In this document: positions 1 through 14,400 of the stretch, one piece after another
How positions within the stretch are numbered: position 1 is the first letter of the stretch
How the letters are laid out: every line of letters begins with the position of its first letter
Assembly: GCA_977030845.1 (NCBI GenBank)
Contig: OZ365112.1
Coordinates: 17,422,001 to 17,486,000, forward strand
Length of the DNA stretch: 64,000 nt
DNA from: Fimbriosthenelais zetlandica
Lineage: Eukaryota
Direction of reading: 5' to 3'
Notes under the pieces: generated by a model
What the model saw: the letters and a program-made list of their open reading frames with translations, nothing else
What the model was told of the DNA's origin: nothing
Databases searched by the model: none
Position numbers and translations under genes: made by a program

Positions 1-3000
1 ATATATGATTTACTGGACCCTCCCTGATCTGAAATCAGAGTTGTACAGTTTGAGTGCCGACAAAAAATGTTCGTGTTTAACTCTACGCTCTTTCAACATT
101 TATTTGCTTTTGAGACAATCAACGTTCAGAAAAGGGTGAACAAAGGCTGGCGGTTTCGGCTTTAAATTGTCCATTTATATATATAATGGAAAATTCGCCA
201 AGCGTGCCCCTCCGTCCTCGTGATATAGTTATAAAATATGATTGATAGTCGCCATCACGAAGCTGAAAGCGCACATATTCTTTCATTAATCAACATTTTA
301 TGCTGCACGGTAATAAAAGCTAACTATGGCCGTAGCCTGGTGACATAAAGCCAGTATACATACAGACCCAGCCTGATATCTATATGGCACTGAGTACATG
401 TAGATATAAACCACATTAGCTTCCCATGCTGTGTGATTCACAGCTTAGATGTACAGAGAAAATAATACTCCCCTGTATAACTCTATTATGAGATCAGATC
501 CACGAAGTGGGTATATGCACACTGCCATTTGTCCGATACCAACTATTTTAGTACATAGGCCTAAGTACTGCTGTTCACAAATATTCTGCTTCGTTTTAGA
601 TGGTGAAGAGGACTCGCGCTCTCCCTCTCGCCTTATTTGAAAGATAAATCTTTATCGTCGCCCTTCCCTATGCCTGGACGCAATAAATGCTAGTATAACG
701 CCGCCATAACTCTCACTGGTTATTCTAGGAGTATTGGCTGGATGATAGCATCTTAAATCAAGGCTTTCTTCAACAACTCAATGCATGCTACTGGCGACAA
801 CAAAAGCCTCGACATTTTTCTGATTGTATCGCCTTGAATTTATGTTCTTCACATTCCTCTAAATCAAGCTCATCCTGTCAGTTGAAGCATATTTCTCTCA
901 ACTGTACTGAGTATAATTCATTCTAACTCCATTCCCCCAGTGTTACCATCTCCCAGATTACCATCTCCCACATTCTGTCAAGAGAGGTGATGCTGAATGT
1001 CGCATTCATCTGTGTAAAAGATTCATTGACTCGCCCGGCCATTATAAATTCTGTAATAATCAGGTTTATTTCTGTTTCTGCCAGTTGGCAGATTGCCAGT
1101 TGGCACAGCGATCTATAATGGTGCATCTCCTGAGACAAATGAATTGTATTGTTTTCTAGGAGTCTGCAATTTAATGATCCATGCAATTATAACGCAGAAT
1201 GTGAAATATCGTTTTAGTCACCTGCTCACAAGTCTCAACTTTATGTTCAATAATATATACATTGGCAGCCGCAACAGACAGACAGTTGCAACAGTCAAAA
1301 TCCCAAGAAGTGTCTGTATCAAACTGGCATGGCTTGAAAGTGAAGGAAGGGGACAAGGAAGACGCTCAGCTTTGTGATTTGATTGCAGGTGGGGCAGGCG
1401 AGTTTGTGATAATTGAATAATGTAGTATTTTCCACATAATTGGATCTAGAAGCATTACCTTGTGATAATCGATGGGATGCTGAACTCGCATTAGTCAAAT
1501 TGTCCTCCCCTGCCTGTCTCTTCTATAGAAGCAAAGCCATTGAGAAAGCTCCTAATAGCAGCAGGCATTCTTGGCTAAACAAAATAGGCAATGCTCCACG
1601 TAGGCCGTCCCATACAGCCTTGGCTCCAGAAGTGGAGACCATGTTCAGCTCACCTAGCATTTTTGTCCAAGTGATTTGGGAGAGGAAACTACTTTAGCTT
1701 TGTCTGGCAAGCCCAGGCACTATACCGTACATAATCTTGGTCTTTATGATCCCTCCAGTATCCTACCCGGTACTTAGGAAAGTTTCAGTGCTGTAAAAAG
1801 CTTCCATTCTCACTTAAATACCCTGCAACTCTGTATATTTATGTCTAAACAATTACAGATGCATAATAATATTGTATACATAATTATTGCAATTTTCAGA
1901 AGCCTACTATATGGTTCTAGGGAGGTAAAATGGGTAGCTCTTTTGCCACACTGTGCTCCAGGGGCGGTCAATATGGAATCTAAGGTATGACGTCAGTAAT
2001 GTATGGACTTGGGCATCTATAGATGCTAGCCCTCAGTCGAACATGATATACATCAAAGTGTAGTCGGGCACTCTAGTCTCTTGGCTTTTCTTCTGTCATC
2101 ATTTTCACATGGATCAGAATCATTTTCCTTCTATAAATATATCAAATATAATAGATCACATCACCGGAAGGATGTAGAGTATATCTAAAGCCCCCTGGAA
2201 TAAGATATGACTACAAGTGCGGGGCTGAATAAAATGAAATTAACGGAGGTGTACAAAGATTGATCAATTCATGTGCGGGTCCAAAAAGGAGGATGGAAGA
2301 GACTACAATGAATGTTAATATTCCACTATAGACATCACCCTAAACATAATCAATGTTTCTACTTTCATACAGACGATAAAAGTCTCCCGTGGAACCTCAC
2401 AAACACTCTCTCTGTCTCTCATTCTCTCTCTCTTTCTGTGGCCATGGATAGATTTTATGTCCCACAGAAGAAAAGGCTACATCAGAGCTGTAAGGATGGT
2501 GATGTTAAATAGCAGGAAAGGCGTCTTCCTCTCTTCTTTGTTCTTTATTCATGTGCTGACTATAGGCCTAACATGGTTGTTTCCTCTCTGTGGTAAATCG
2601 CTTTCTTTCTGCAAAAGATTTACACTAAAGGAGATAGGCTACTCCCTGCGAAATAGATGAGCAATATTGGCAGAATGAGTTTTTCTCTCAAGCGTCCATT
2701 TCAGTGAGGTACGAAATTTGTGGCCGTATGTCACTTTTCCAAAACAGCTACTTCATCAAACCAAGCTGTAAAAAATACAGTAGCCCTCCGGCATCTTCCT
2801 CCTTTTCTCCTCCTTTCTCACCCTAACCGACCCTCGATTGGTGCCTCAGCGCATCGTATTATCTATAATGGTTGTGACGACGTCCTGATGGATTCACCCT
2901 CTAATGGTGTAGAACTGAGGGATGGCCTCCATATAGACAGGCCTACCCTGTCTGGCCAGTGGTCAGACGAGATGACCATTCCTCTTGACTTGATTTTTGG

Positions 3001-5871
3001 TTCCTCAGGAGGAGGAGATGAGGTGGGGGTTGGGGTGGCAGGGGCTGGACAGTACATGATGGAGGACTTGGGGTAACTATAGGGCCTTATTCAGTTATTA
3101 TAACTGTGATTGGAGCAATCCCCTCCTACTATCACTTCGAATTCGCCAAATGATCCCATAAAGGAGGAAAAGATAAGGAAGGGGAGCTGCTCCCGATTCT
3201 GCACACCTTGGCTATCTGTAATGGCTTCCCACAAATGTCTTGCCTTTTATCAGGAACTTCTCGCATATAACAGGCATAAGAGCAAGAGCAAGGAAGTGAA
3301 TTTTGTATACAGTGTCACCATTCTTCATATATATTCGATTGTTTCTGTTGGCCATACCAGAGGTCATTTCCCATCCTCTTTCCTGACCACTATAGAACAG
3401 ACTTTTATAAGATTCTGCTCATGCTGCGAACTACTCTGTATGCCCATCACATAGCACAATATGCTTTACTGATATTACTTCCTGCCAGTATTAGTCACTT
3501 TACAGGGGAGGAACATTTAGCACAACACTATGAAGTCAATAAGCAAGTAGACATCCCAGATATGAATGACATGTAATGGGAAACAGTATAGAGAACGCGT
3601 GTCATGATCTCTGGCCCTGTGCCCTTGTGAGTTCTATATGCTCTGTGTAGAGTTCACCAATGTTGAAATCAGTCTATTTCTCTTTTTCCACTCATATCCG
3701 TGCTGCTCATATTCTCAGAAAGACAAAGCTTCTTCATCTTACAAAGAAATATATGTCATAAGGTTTTTGCTAGTCTTCTCTGGTTACAAAGAAATGAAAA
3801 CTGGAAATCATTTCCTGTTGCCGCAATATGATTCTGTAGCCAGTGGAGAACACCAGGAAAATAGGTTTTAATTTCTTATAATATTTATTCCTATAGCACT
3901 TTGTTCATCTTGCTTAATTTCTATATTTTGTTGTATGAAATCGTTGACTGATGTATAGGATATAATTAAATATATGATACATGCACATGGTTTAATGTAG
4001 AGAACATATTATGTGTACATTTTGTAAGAATTGTAATTTCTTTTTTCAGGTGAGTTGGGTGGCTCTCACACGAATCTCTCAGACGTGGGTATAGGTAGGA
4101 AGGCCAGCGTCCGGCCTGTTCTCTGAAGATTATTTGATGATTTTTACTGTACCTTCAACCAGTATTGTGTAGTATTAACGTGTTTGCTGGTGGTAGTTAA
4201 TAGACCTTGTCAGTAGATGTTTCAGTAGACTAGCTTCATCAGTAACTGTTGTATATATTGTTCTTGAAATGTGTCCTCCTTTAAGACTGACCAGAATTTG
4301 ACTAGCATCATTTTCCTCCCTGATACATTGTGCATGTTTGAGTTGCATGCATGCAAACAACAGTTGCATTACATTCTACAGCCTCACTTGTTGAAAGACA
4401 TTGGGTGTACTCACAGTGAATGATGGTTTGCACTTCACGCTTACTTTAATTTAATTTGACCTACATTAATTCATGAAAGTGGGTTTCTAACACTCAACTT
4501 TCTTGAATAAAACCAAATGATGTGAGCACGACAGTTGTGATACTTCATCAAGAATTCTGACTGGCCACCCACATTATGAGGAAGTATATGATAAGTGTGA
4601 AAACCATAGAATGTAGAACCGTTACACCCACAATATGTGAGGTAGCACGCCAGATTCTGTTCTACTTCAGTGTCTCTCTGCTCACTTGTTTGAAGGCCAT
4701 CTTTCTAGAGCCTGATTCATTTATCAGTACGCATTACCATACACGCAAATATCACGTGTGTATATAATTTCCTTCCACAAAATCTCTCTTTATAAGCCTC
4801 ATAATACCGTATGCTTAATTCCCTTCATAAGCTGCTGAAAAATGCTGGTCAGACTTGACCTTTTATTTGTTGGATGTAGATTGGAGGTGAATGGCAAAAA
4901 TATGTCTGTATCAGGTTGCCTGTTTGTGGTTTGCGTGTTTCATCTCCTGGCTCTGCTGTCAACTCAATAGACTACATTATTGATAAATGACCTTTGTGCG
5001 GTCCTGCCTTCTGATGTCACTTTTCTGCCCTTTACAAATAACTGTGCATTTGTCTGTCCTGCCTAGGCTTATCCAATTATGATGCCATGGCGCTTGTATG
5101 AATGTTCACTTTTTGCGACATTTTCAGTGAGGGTTAGTACATGTAGGTCATACAACTGTTTCGTAAACTATTATAAAATCTTTTTGCTAAAAGTTTTCGA
5201 TGAAACTGATCCTCCCGTTGAGTATCAGATGCCTTCCATTTTGATACTAATGAATTAAAATGAGGGATCGTATTTCGTCCAAAAGGAAGATTTGAATGAC
5301 CGAAAGAGGCCATGATCAGATAATTGTATTGAATTTCCCTTTAGAAGTTTGCTGGCTTGCTCGGCAAATGTGGAATTGATTGCTGATGACCAAAATCCAG
5401 TCCTGCCTTCACGGGGGACCATCACCGTCCAGGCATTAAATTCAATTAAATTACAGAAATTAAAACTCTCATCACAAAACTTTTCCTATTTGACCAAGGA
5501 ATGAAATGGTTAGTATAGAATGTCTGTTATAGAACAAGGTGGAGTGTAAAATGAGAATGGGAACAGATGCATGGCTGTAGTAACATTGTGGTGCTCTAAC
5601 CACGATGCCATGCATAAAACAACACGCTTCCTTGGCTATAGACATCTGGGAATGTTATTCACCGCAGCATAAATCAGTTTAAAGTCTTGCCATTGTCGCC
5701 ATTGAATCCCATTGTTATAACACTGTGTTAAGCTGAATGGTATTAAGCTAAGATTCATGTGCAGCACCTAGTAGAGAATGAATGGCTATAGATATCATAG
5801 TCATCTAGATATAGACATCTAGATATCACAGCCAACTCCTAAAGCATACAAAATCAATATAACCTATTTAA

Positions 5872-5888
5872 CCCCCCCCCCCCCCCCC
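5872..5888. repeat. poly(C) homopolymer (C17)
   Basis: Run of 17 consecutive C read directly from the sequence. Confidence 0.95.
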
Positions 5889-8800
5889 GCACCCCCGAAT
5901 CCATTCTTTGCTGTCCTTATAGGTCAAACTAGGACCATTGCATATTAAATATAGCAAGACTTGGATATATTAGTTTTTGCTTTAAAAACTCTTTGCCATC
6001 TAGTTTCACGTTATGTTTACCTTTCTCGCCTCTGCTGGACGAAAACAGCAAGCGATTGGAAATTAGAAGAATAGTCTGAGACTGGGCACAATTGGACTGG
6101 TGTTTTTCATCAAGAAACTCAGTAGAAAGTTACATAGAGGAACGGGAGAACAAATACAGCCTGTCTGCTCAGGAAATTAGTCCCGCTGAGCCAGAAGACC
6201 CTGGAAAAAAGATAATAACGTTCATGTCTTGGGAAGAAATCCTCGTCTATTGGCTATAGTCTATGAGAACAGAACTCTCTAGTGTAAAAACATACTTTAT
6301 TTTTTTGCGAATGATGTGATCAGCCTTCAAGCGACATCATATATGTCCTCATCATATCTTTAATGTAGGTTTAGCAGGCAATGATGGCATAATTTAAATG
6401 CTGCTATTTACACATTTTTTATGACATCTAACAGCTTTGAAGTTGCCTCTTTAAAAGACTTCCACGTGCAGTATTGTATTATCTCTTTCTAGAGATATTC
6501 TTTGCTGATCGTCATGCTGCTGATTTGTTATATTATTTTCCTGTACAATAATGCACATCATCTATGCAAAGTTATGCTTGTCCATTTCATATTCCTGTTG
6601 CTATGCTCACAGCTCTGTGCTCAGGGAATGTACGGCTGTACAAACCTAGCTGCCGGTTGGAGGGGGTACTCCCACTGGGACCAACCATCAGCTCTGGCCT
6701 GCTTGATGTTGTGATTTGTCTGAGGTTCACAGTCAATGGGGCACATGACGATACATTCCACGTCCCATTCTTTTATTCGGATAAATTGGATTATTATCTC
6801 AATGTTTGTCCTCAATTCTGAAAAGGGGTAATCATTTGATCTGCATTATCCTACCCCACCAAGAAGGCATGAAAAACTTCAATTAAACATTAGATATTTG
6901 CATGACGTTGACGTCACATGTTTGAAGGCTCAATGCCTGCTTTTCTGAACAGATCTTCCTTTATTTCTATGCAGAAGACGTAGTAAATGTTTAATCCCAG
7001 TCCAACTGTCCAGAATGGAGGGGCAAAAAGGGTTAATTTATCTCACATACTTTATCATATATATGTGGAACAATAGAATCCTCTTTTTGGCCAAGAAGTG
7101 AATCGCATTAACATGAATACCACGTTATTAACTTAGGGGACGTGCATGTTCCATGTCTGTCCTAATTTGGTCGAACTAAACACACAGGACTCGTTGAACT
7201 TTAGAATGCTGTCGGTGGCACGCTCTGTGAGGGGGTGGGTTAACGCCATCCAGGGGTCAACCTGGTCATTGTATGATCTCTGTCATGGACATTTATGGCT
7301 GTCACATCCACCTCCCTCCAATTTCAGCTTCTGGAAAAGGTCGCTTCCTCTTATAACTCACCCTATCCTCTTCAATAGTCTTGCCTGGCAACCAGAAAAT
7401 GCAGACTTCAGGCAAAACATCAGTTTTCTTTTAAAAGTAGGCAGGTTTTATTGTTTTAAGAAACTGGTTTTGAACAGTTTGCATTCTAACTCATTAAAAC
7501 AGAGCCACGATGCATGCCATCCTGGGATTGGAGAACTCGTGAAAGCTGTATGCCTTGTTGGATGGGGTTCAAGCTTGGTAGTGTACAGGGTTGAGCTGAA
7601 GGGGTGGTTGTGAGGAATAGGCTGATGGTTCAGAGAGAAAGGGGGTGGTTGGGAGGAGGATCTGGGGAAGACCCAGCACCAAATTTGATTACTTTGCCCG
7701 CTTGCAGTACCAGCCCCATCATGGCTCCATAGTGCCTCCCTTGTGGAGATATCCGCCAATATTATCAGGAGCCTTGCTGATCAATACACTGATCAATAGG
7801 TTCCCCACCGAATCTTTGCCCGCCTTCAGGGGGAGGGGTTGGTGATGAGGCGATCTGGGGCAGGTTTTCTGACAGTGGTGCTTAGTGGTAACGACTGTAG
7901 CACTAACTCCGTCACATCAAAGTGCCAAACAAATGCAAAAGAGTCATTCTGTAGCAACTCTTTTCCTTATTCGTGTTGTTGTGGATGCTTCGGAAAGAAG
8001 TTTTGGAATAGTTGAGAGGTCTGTCGCGACATAATCTATACTGCAATGGATGGTTGCCCTGACTGACTTGGAAAGCCATCGTATTTGCTCCAAACGCCTA
8101 TGCATGCAGAAACAGCATTTCTGAATGTAATGATGTTCTTTTGGGGTGTTTTAAATGGTTGTGATATAATGCTTTGCATCTATAGGATTGTGACATGGTC
8201 TCTGCCTGGATTCTGATGGTTGGCTGATTTTTTTAGTAGGGCAATCATTTTATCCTTTTCTGATTAGTGGGCATGCATTTGGCATTCATGTTCTGAAAGG
8301 CTTGGTGGAAATTCCACCAGGGATTGGGTAGGCATCGTGAATCATTTATGTTCACATCAATCAACACATGTTATGGTCCCACTTTTAACACCAGAAAATG
8401 CCACACGCCCATGTAGCAATAACACATGGCCTGAATTATCCTCCCACCAGCCTCCAAGGCATAACCTCCATGGCACTATTCATTAGTTGGCATTTTTCTT
8501 CCTTGATTTAAGCGCCAAAAAATCAGGTTGCCCGCTGATTACTCCATGGAGAGAATCGCTTGTGGAAACCCTTGTTTTTGGCTGGTAATAGATTTTTCAG
8601 TGGAGATTAATTTTCTGTGGCTCTGCCTTTTCCATCCCACTCTTACAATATGAACTCTTCAATATATGATGGGACAAACATGTAAACATGTACATGTATG
8701 TGTTCTCAATGTATGTCCTCATACATGATGCATGTTGTTCTATGCTTGTTATGTATAATGCACATACAATTGGCCTCTATTACTTTCTATTGTCCTTTTG

Positions 8801-10161
8801 TAGTGCAATGCCTTCCAAATTTATATTTGGGCGCCCCTATGTCTGCCGACGGGGTATACAGATTAGTATGTTTTAGAGTTTCTATACAGTTGCTAAAATG
8901 TAGAGATTTGTCGGCCTTGTGGCCAACGAAAGTCATGGATTGTGGTCAGCAATGGCCAGGCTGAATGCTGGTTGCATTCTTGGTGGTTCCCTGCAGGAAC
9001 CAGGATTACAATGAGGCCTCTACTGTAATGGATCATGGCGCCTGACCACGAGCTCAGCCTGCTGCCTCCAGTCACTGCCTTAAGCTGGAGTCTGGAGAAA
9101 GCAGGCAGGTAATGAACCGAAACAAGTGCTGCCCTATTGTGTCTGGCAACCACCCCTTACAACTGGTTGCCATGACGACAGAATCTATTTCATCTGGTCT
9201 GAGTTGCGCCATTAATTACGTGATCGATGGGAGGTGTACTTGTGCTACTTCAACCCGCAAAATCAGCTTGGGGAACCCAGGCAGCAAATGTATGATCTTC
9301 ACCATGCAGTGAGGCAAAGCGGACCTGAAAAGGCAGGAGATGAGAAGACCCTGGTGAATTCTAGTGGTGTCCGGACTCCTTGATTGGATGCATTCCCTTT
9401 GGTTCTATTGGAGTTCAGTCATTTCTATTCTGGATTTGTGAAGCTGAGGTCCCATAGGGGATTTGGGTCAGGATGACCTCAGAATGTTCAGATGGGGCTA
9501 ACACCTTTGCTCTCCCACAGGGCCAATATTCATCATGGCTCTCATGTATATAGACACTGGACTTAGGCCTATGTCTATAGAAAAAGTGGGCCGAACCCCA
9601 GAAAGTGAAACTCTGAATATAAAATAGTCAGCTTCCACTTCTTCACCCGTAGGCCTACTGGTGTGGCCAAGAATGTCATTTGACTGTCTTTTTGACTGGC
9701 CTCAATTAAAGTCCATTGTAAGATATTGTAGCCAATGGACACGGAGAGACTGTGAAGAGATACATTGATTCCTCCCTTCTTGTTCTATCTCAGTCCCTCT
9801 CAGACATAAACCTAGGCAAGTCTCCAAATTGTTACTATCCCGTGAGAGATAGTAGAGTAGTCTATAAAGCGCGGTACTGTGCATCCTATATGCATTACTT
9901 CAGGCATCTTCGATATCTAAACATAACGGACATTGCAAAACATGGCTGTTCAATAGAGTTGCATTTATTGAGAGACTTCCAATAGTGACCTTGGTTCGTA
10001 AAATGAAAAGAACCCGGGGGTGCTGTCATATCGGCACTTGATATCGTTATTTATGTCTGGCTCTGGCTATGGGTCCCTGGGGGTGGCGGGAGAGTGGTCA
10101 GAGATATGCTGCAGGAAGAGGAAAGTGTTATCAATATACCACTCAGACCACTACTGCTATG

Positions 10162-11047
10162 TAGGCCTAGCACCCGACATTGGACTGGACAAGACCTGAC
10201 AAATGGGCTGATACTAGCCCAACTTCGTGGGGAGGGGGTAGCTATGTCTCAGCATAATTTGTCAAAGGTGTCTCTTATATGGCAGGGGTCACATTTTGTT
10301 CCTCTCAAGATTGGAGTTACGAGAGGCTGTATAAGGCCGAGTCCAAGTAGGGCCTAGGCTAGATGTATTAATTTTCCCTCCCTAAAACACTATTTTTTGA
10401 ATACAATAGTTGAGCCAGGATTAAATTGATATATCGGTAGGCCTAACGTAGGCCTACTGAAGATATGCCTATGATTCAGATTTTAATTACCATTTTAGGG
10501 TGAATCGTTGGTCCACATAGGCCTAGGCCTAATAAACCTGAAAGGTGCCGCACAAACTAATCCTTAGCCTAACTCTAAATGGCGTGTAGGACTGGGCTTA
10601 ATTTTTTTCATGGCTTGATTTCATATTTTATTTTTTAATAAAAGCCATGCAAATAGTCCTAGGTCTATATAATATAATTCATCCCTTATTTTCCATGTTC
10701 GTGAGCTAGACCTGGGCCTAGCCTACCTGTCCATTAGGCCTAGGCTAGGCACTAAAATTAGTATTAAAAAAAAAATTAGGCCTACGCCCCTATATTTTAT
10801 TATTTCTACATAATTAGGCTACTATCTATGTCTAATTATATATTTGCTCGTAATTAAACATTGATATGCATCCCCTAGCAATTATATAATTAATAGGCTA
10901 AACACTGCCACAATCTTATAATGTGGGCTATATATGCATAGGCCTAGGCCTAAACCAAAAGGAGGGCCGGGAGTCAAAATAAGCAGTGTCAGAGATAATT
11001 CATTATGACAATGAAAAAATATAAAGGTTAACTATATTAGTAGCCTA
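10162..11047. repeat. Dense cluster of TAGGCCTA palindromes and TAGGCT/TAGCCT variants upstream of the ADAR2 promoter
   Basis: Nine perfect TAGGCCTA (starts 10162, 10438, 10449, 10518, 10524, 10735, 10777, 10939, 10945) in about 0.8 kb, plus variants; the motif is only sporadic elsewhere in the window. Confidence 0.9.
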
Positions 11048-11100
11048 CATACTGTCTTATGTTTGACTCCCTGACGTTGAAAGAAGAAATTCTAAAATCA

Positions 11101-11273
11101 CTCAATACGCGTGGCGCATCCACCATCGTGTGCCCCGTGCTGTGTGACGTCATCGTTTATGGGCCCCGAGAGTGAGTCGTCAGCGATCTTGCTGGTTTCG
11201 AGGCCACACATGCTTGATAATCAGCGAGAGATCCTGATCGGTGTTGGTCTTGGCTGGCGTAACATCATCCATT
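11101..11273 (+). promoter_or_regulatory. Putative ADAR2 promoter / 5' UTR: locally CpG-rich, with a full CRE palindrome
   Basis: CpG density rises sharply; TGACGTCA at 11145-11152; lies immediately before the first coding exon; no polypyrimidine acceptor seen ahead of that exon. TSS not determinable from sequence. Confidence 0.55.
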
Positions 11274-11304
11274 ATGACGAATAAGGATTTAGCAACCATG
11301 AATA
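11274..11304 (+). CDS. ADARB1: ADAR2-like editase, first coding exon (MTNKDLATMN + 1 nt)
   Basis: ATG at 11274 (second in-frame ATG at 11298) followed by A|GTGAGT donor at 11305, phase 1, matching the phase-1 acceptor at 19645. The joined N-terminus [19 protein letters not shown] parallels vertebrate ADAR2 (short Met exon, then ...DVKEN). Confidence 0.7.
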
Positions 11305-11440
11305 GTGAGTATATACGGTATTTCTGTGATTCTCTCCACCTGTACTGCCATTTTGAATGCGATGAGAGGAAGGGAATGTACTGTATTCAGGATGAATACA
11401 CAACACCGATGCCTTTCTCCGGGTGGGTTTGGCCGTAACC

Positions 11441-11450
11441 AAAATGGCCG
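11441..11450 (+). promoter_or_regulatory. YY1-like motif (AAAATGGCCG) just downstream of the first exon
   Basis: Matches the AANATGGC core; this position shortly after a TSS is typical. Single short motif. Confidence 0.35.
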
Positions 11451-14400
11451 ACACGGCACGCGTCAGGCCTGGACCTGTATTGTTTACTACAAAATCTATA
11501 TCTGTTACTGCTTTGCGATCACTTTACTGATAAGCAAACACTGTAGGAAACATAGGACTTGACCTAGGGAGGCATTGTGAGTGTATGGATCGTGTGTAGG
11601 GGGAATGGCGGGGCTATATTTACCGGAGGAAGGTTGTGTATTTTGACCGGCTTTTGTATAGGTCTACACCCTCACAGGGAGGGATGCGGTGCAGGAGGAG
11701 GATGGGGAGGCAGCTGATGCTGCTGATGCCTTCCTGGGTTGCAAGAGTAGCGGAGCTCTCTCCCCTCATCTCCTCCTACTCCTGCATCTGTTCCCTCATA
11801 GCCCTACCTTGCTGATTCATGGAGATTCACACCCACCTCTACCTTAGGTTAGGATAAGAATATGGCTTCCCAATCCCTTACTGTTTACAGGCCTACTATT
11901 ATTGTCTCTTACGGTATATTTATTTCGGTTTCGGTACCTGGTACTTTAATGTCTTTATTTCGGTACACAGATCATGATCATTTGTAAATCAGTGCACTTC
12001 AATCCAAGCCTGTTGATAAAAATGCCAGTAGTGTTGTAGATTAAACTGCCTGTTGAACCAACAATTAAAATGCTATCCCTGCCTTGTTGTAACAGCTCTG
12101 CTCAGCTCAACAGTAAATTCCATTCAATTAGGAATGTGTAGGCAGCTTCACAACCATTGTTATTGGTTTTATTACCAGGCGCTCAGCAGGCAAGGGTTAA
12201 TGTTTGCTAGGATAAATGCCAAGGTTGGGCTCATAAAGAAGGTGAGGGTGATGGCATAATATGAAGAGTGGCTCAGGTTCCCTCACTGGAGCTGTTGGTT
12301 GTATCGACCTAGATAGGAGAATCTGCTCATGACCCCTTCCTCCACCTCCTCCTGCCTCCTGCTCCATGTGGTGCTATGATGTTTGAACATATCCGAACCA
12401 TGTGTGGGCTCGACAGGTACCATCTAAACGCCCCTACACCCCCTCGCCCCCTTCCTTCCCCACTAACCTGGGTAGACATTCATAGTTTAAACAATACAAA
12501 TATCTCTTTTAAAATATTTAGAGAAAATATGCCCACTCCTCTCAATGTGTCTGCTCCATATGAATTTTGTGTTTTGATTTTACCACATGTGATAGATGTT
12601 TGGGGAGATGCTGATGTGGAGAGGATGCCCCCCTCACCAGTATTACCACTGCTTGTCGTCCCTTCTTTCAGTGAACATGGTGTGTTTATTTTTCTAGCCT
12701 ACTTAGTGGTAAAAGAGGAATAATGGAAGAAACGCCTAGCCCCGTTAAACAGTGTTTATCTCCCTTTCCTAACAAAGTCTGCATAACTATTTGGAGCTGT
12801 CGATACTAAACCCTTTGGCCTAGACCTATCTAATGTATAGTCTACCTTGTAATGTGCCAACTTATACAGACGTATCTGCCATTAGGGGGAAAAGCGGCCA
12901 CCTTCCCTAACCTAATTTCTTATTCTGTATGAATGGATACCTCTTTTTAGGATGACAATGGGAATCATGCAGCTGGAACATGTTGGCTTCTTTTTTCTAG
13001 TCCAGGTTCCCCTGTTATAGTGTACCTATAGAGGTTTTTCTTCTGGATATTTGGCATAGGTCCCATATCTCTCCTGTCGGGAGAAGGGAGTAATGAATGT
13101 TTCTTTTTTTTATTTCGCATAAAGCTATCTTAATAATGGCTGTGTGAAGTGTGACCAGGTTAGGAATGAGTCTCTCAGTAGATCATTATGACCATGGACG
13201 GCTTTATAAAACATGCAAGACTTGAGTGCAGATTACACGCTTCTCAGAAATCAGATGGCTCCTCAATTAATCAAAACGCTCTCATGAAAGCCATGTTATG
13301 TCATAAATTCCAATGTGATGGCCATAATATGAGCAGGGAGCATTAAAATCTTATCACGGACCACCGAGAAATGACTTGAAAATGAGATTTCCGAGGCAGC
13401 ACTTAAAGCTGGGGTAGTGGTTTGGTGTGAGATTGGGAGATAACTCAATATTCCTTCAATTTGCAGGAAGATCGACAGGTCAGTGATGCTCATTATTCAA
13501 TTCTTTATTCAGGCTTAGTAAAGAAAGAAGTTCCCCATAAGAGCCATCATTCTTCGGATTGATATTAATGCAGTCATCGGCATTGTAAATTATGATTTAA
13601 TATTTTAATATTTTCATCCACATGGAGAATTTCAGAACGAGCCATTCCGGTATTAAATCCCCCCCCCCTCCCCCTAGGATATTGAATTTTCTGCCCATCA
13701 ATTTTTTTTTTTAAAGTTTGCCTTGGAAGATTCCTGTTGGTATGGAACTAGACTAGAGATGTCCAAAGTCCCTTTCCACTTGCCTTATTTCACTCTGCAG
13801 TAAATCCTTATCTGCTCTTCTTAACCAGGATCCTTTTGTGAAAAACCAACCAGGGGAAGATGGAACACGGGGGGAAATCCCTGCTCAGCAGGAGGGAGAA
13901 AAATATCTTTTGAATATCACCCTCGATTGAGTGTCAGACTTGAATGGTAGCTTGATTGCTGCTTGGTTGATTTTGAGTCGGTGAGAGACATTGAGAATTT
14001 ATCTGCTAGTCTGAATGAGAGAGGCTAGTTGTCTCAGCTTGCTACCCACTTGTCACTTCACAACATGTTTTGGCGTGTAGGCAGAGTACCAGTGGTCGAT
14101 GAACACACAGCTTTTTACCGTTATCATAGCAGGTAGAACTCTGGTAGTGAATGGGTCTGTCTGATTGAAATACACGTGACAAAAGAGACATTAATATTAG
14201 AACACTATGCCAAAATAGTTGAACATTTGTAGGACATGAGATAGTGCAGACATTAATATAATGTTAATGCCTTTTCCATGTCGGACTTTAAGCCTGGGTA
14301 CAGAATGACACTCATTAATGTGGTCTTATTAAAGCTGAATCCATTCTATTGGCGTGTTATCTTGTGGGCCGTGTATAAATAACCAGTCGGTGGTGGGTGG

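Noticed and set aside
2720-3076. Overlapping + and - strand ORFs with Gly/Pro-rich runs and a possible - strand donor AGG|GTAGGC
   Set aside because: No recognisable domain, weak acceptor and no partner exons; the ORFs are explained by G/C-skewed low complexity.
9166-9179. X-box-like GTTGCCATGACGAC about 2 kb upstream of the ADAR2 promoter
   Set aside because: One mismatch to consensus and isolated; compatible with chance.
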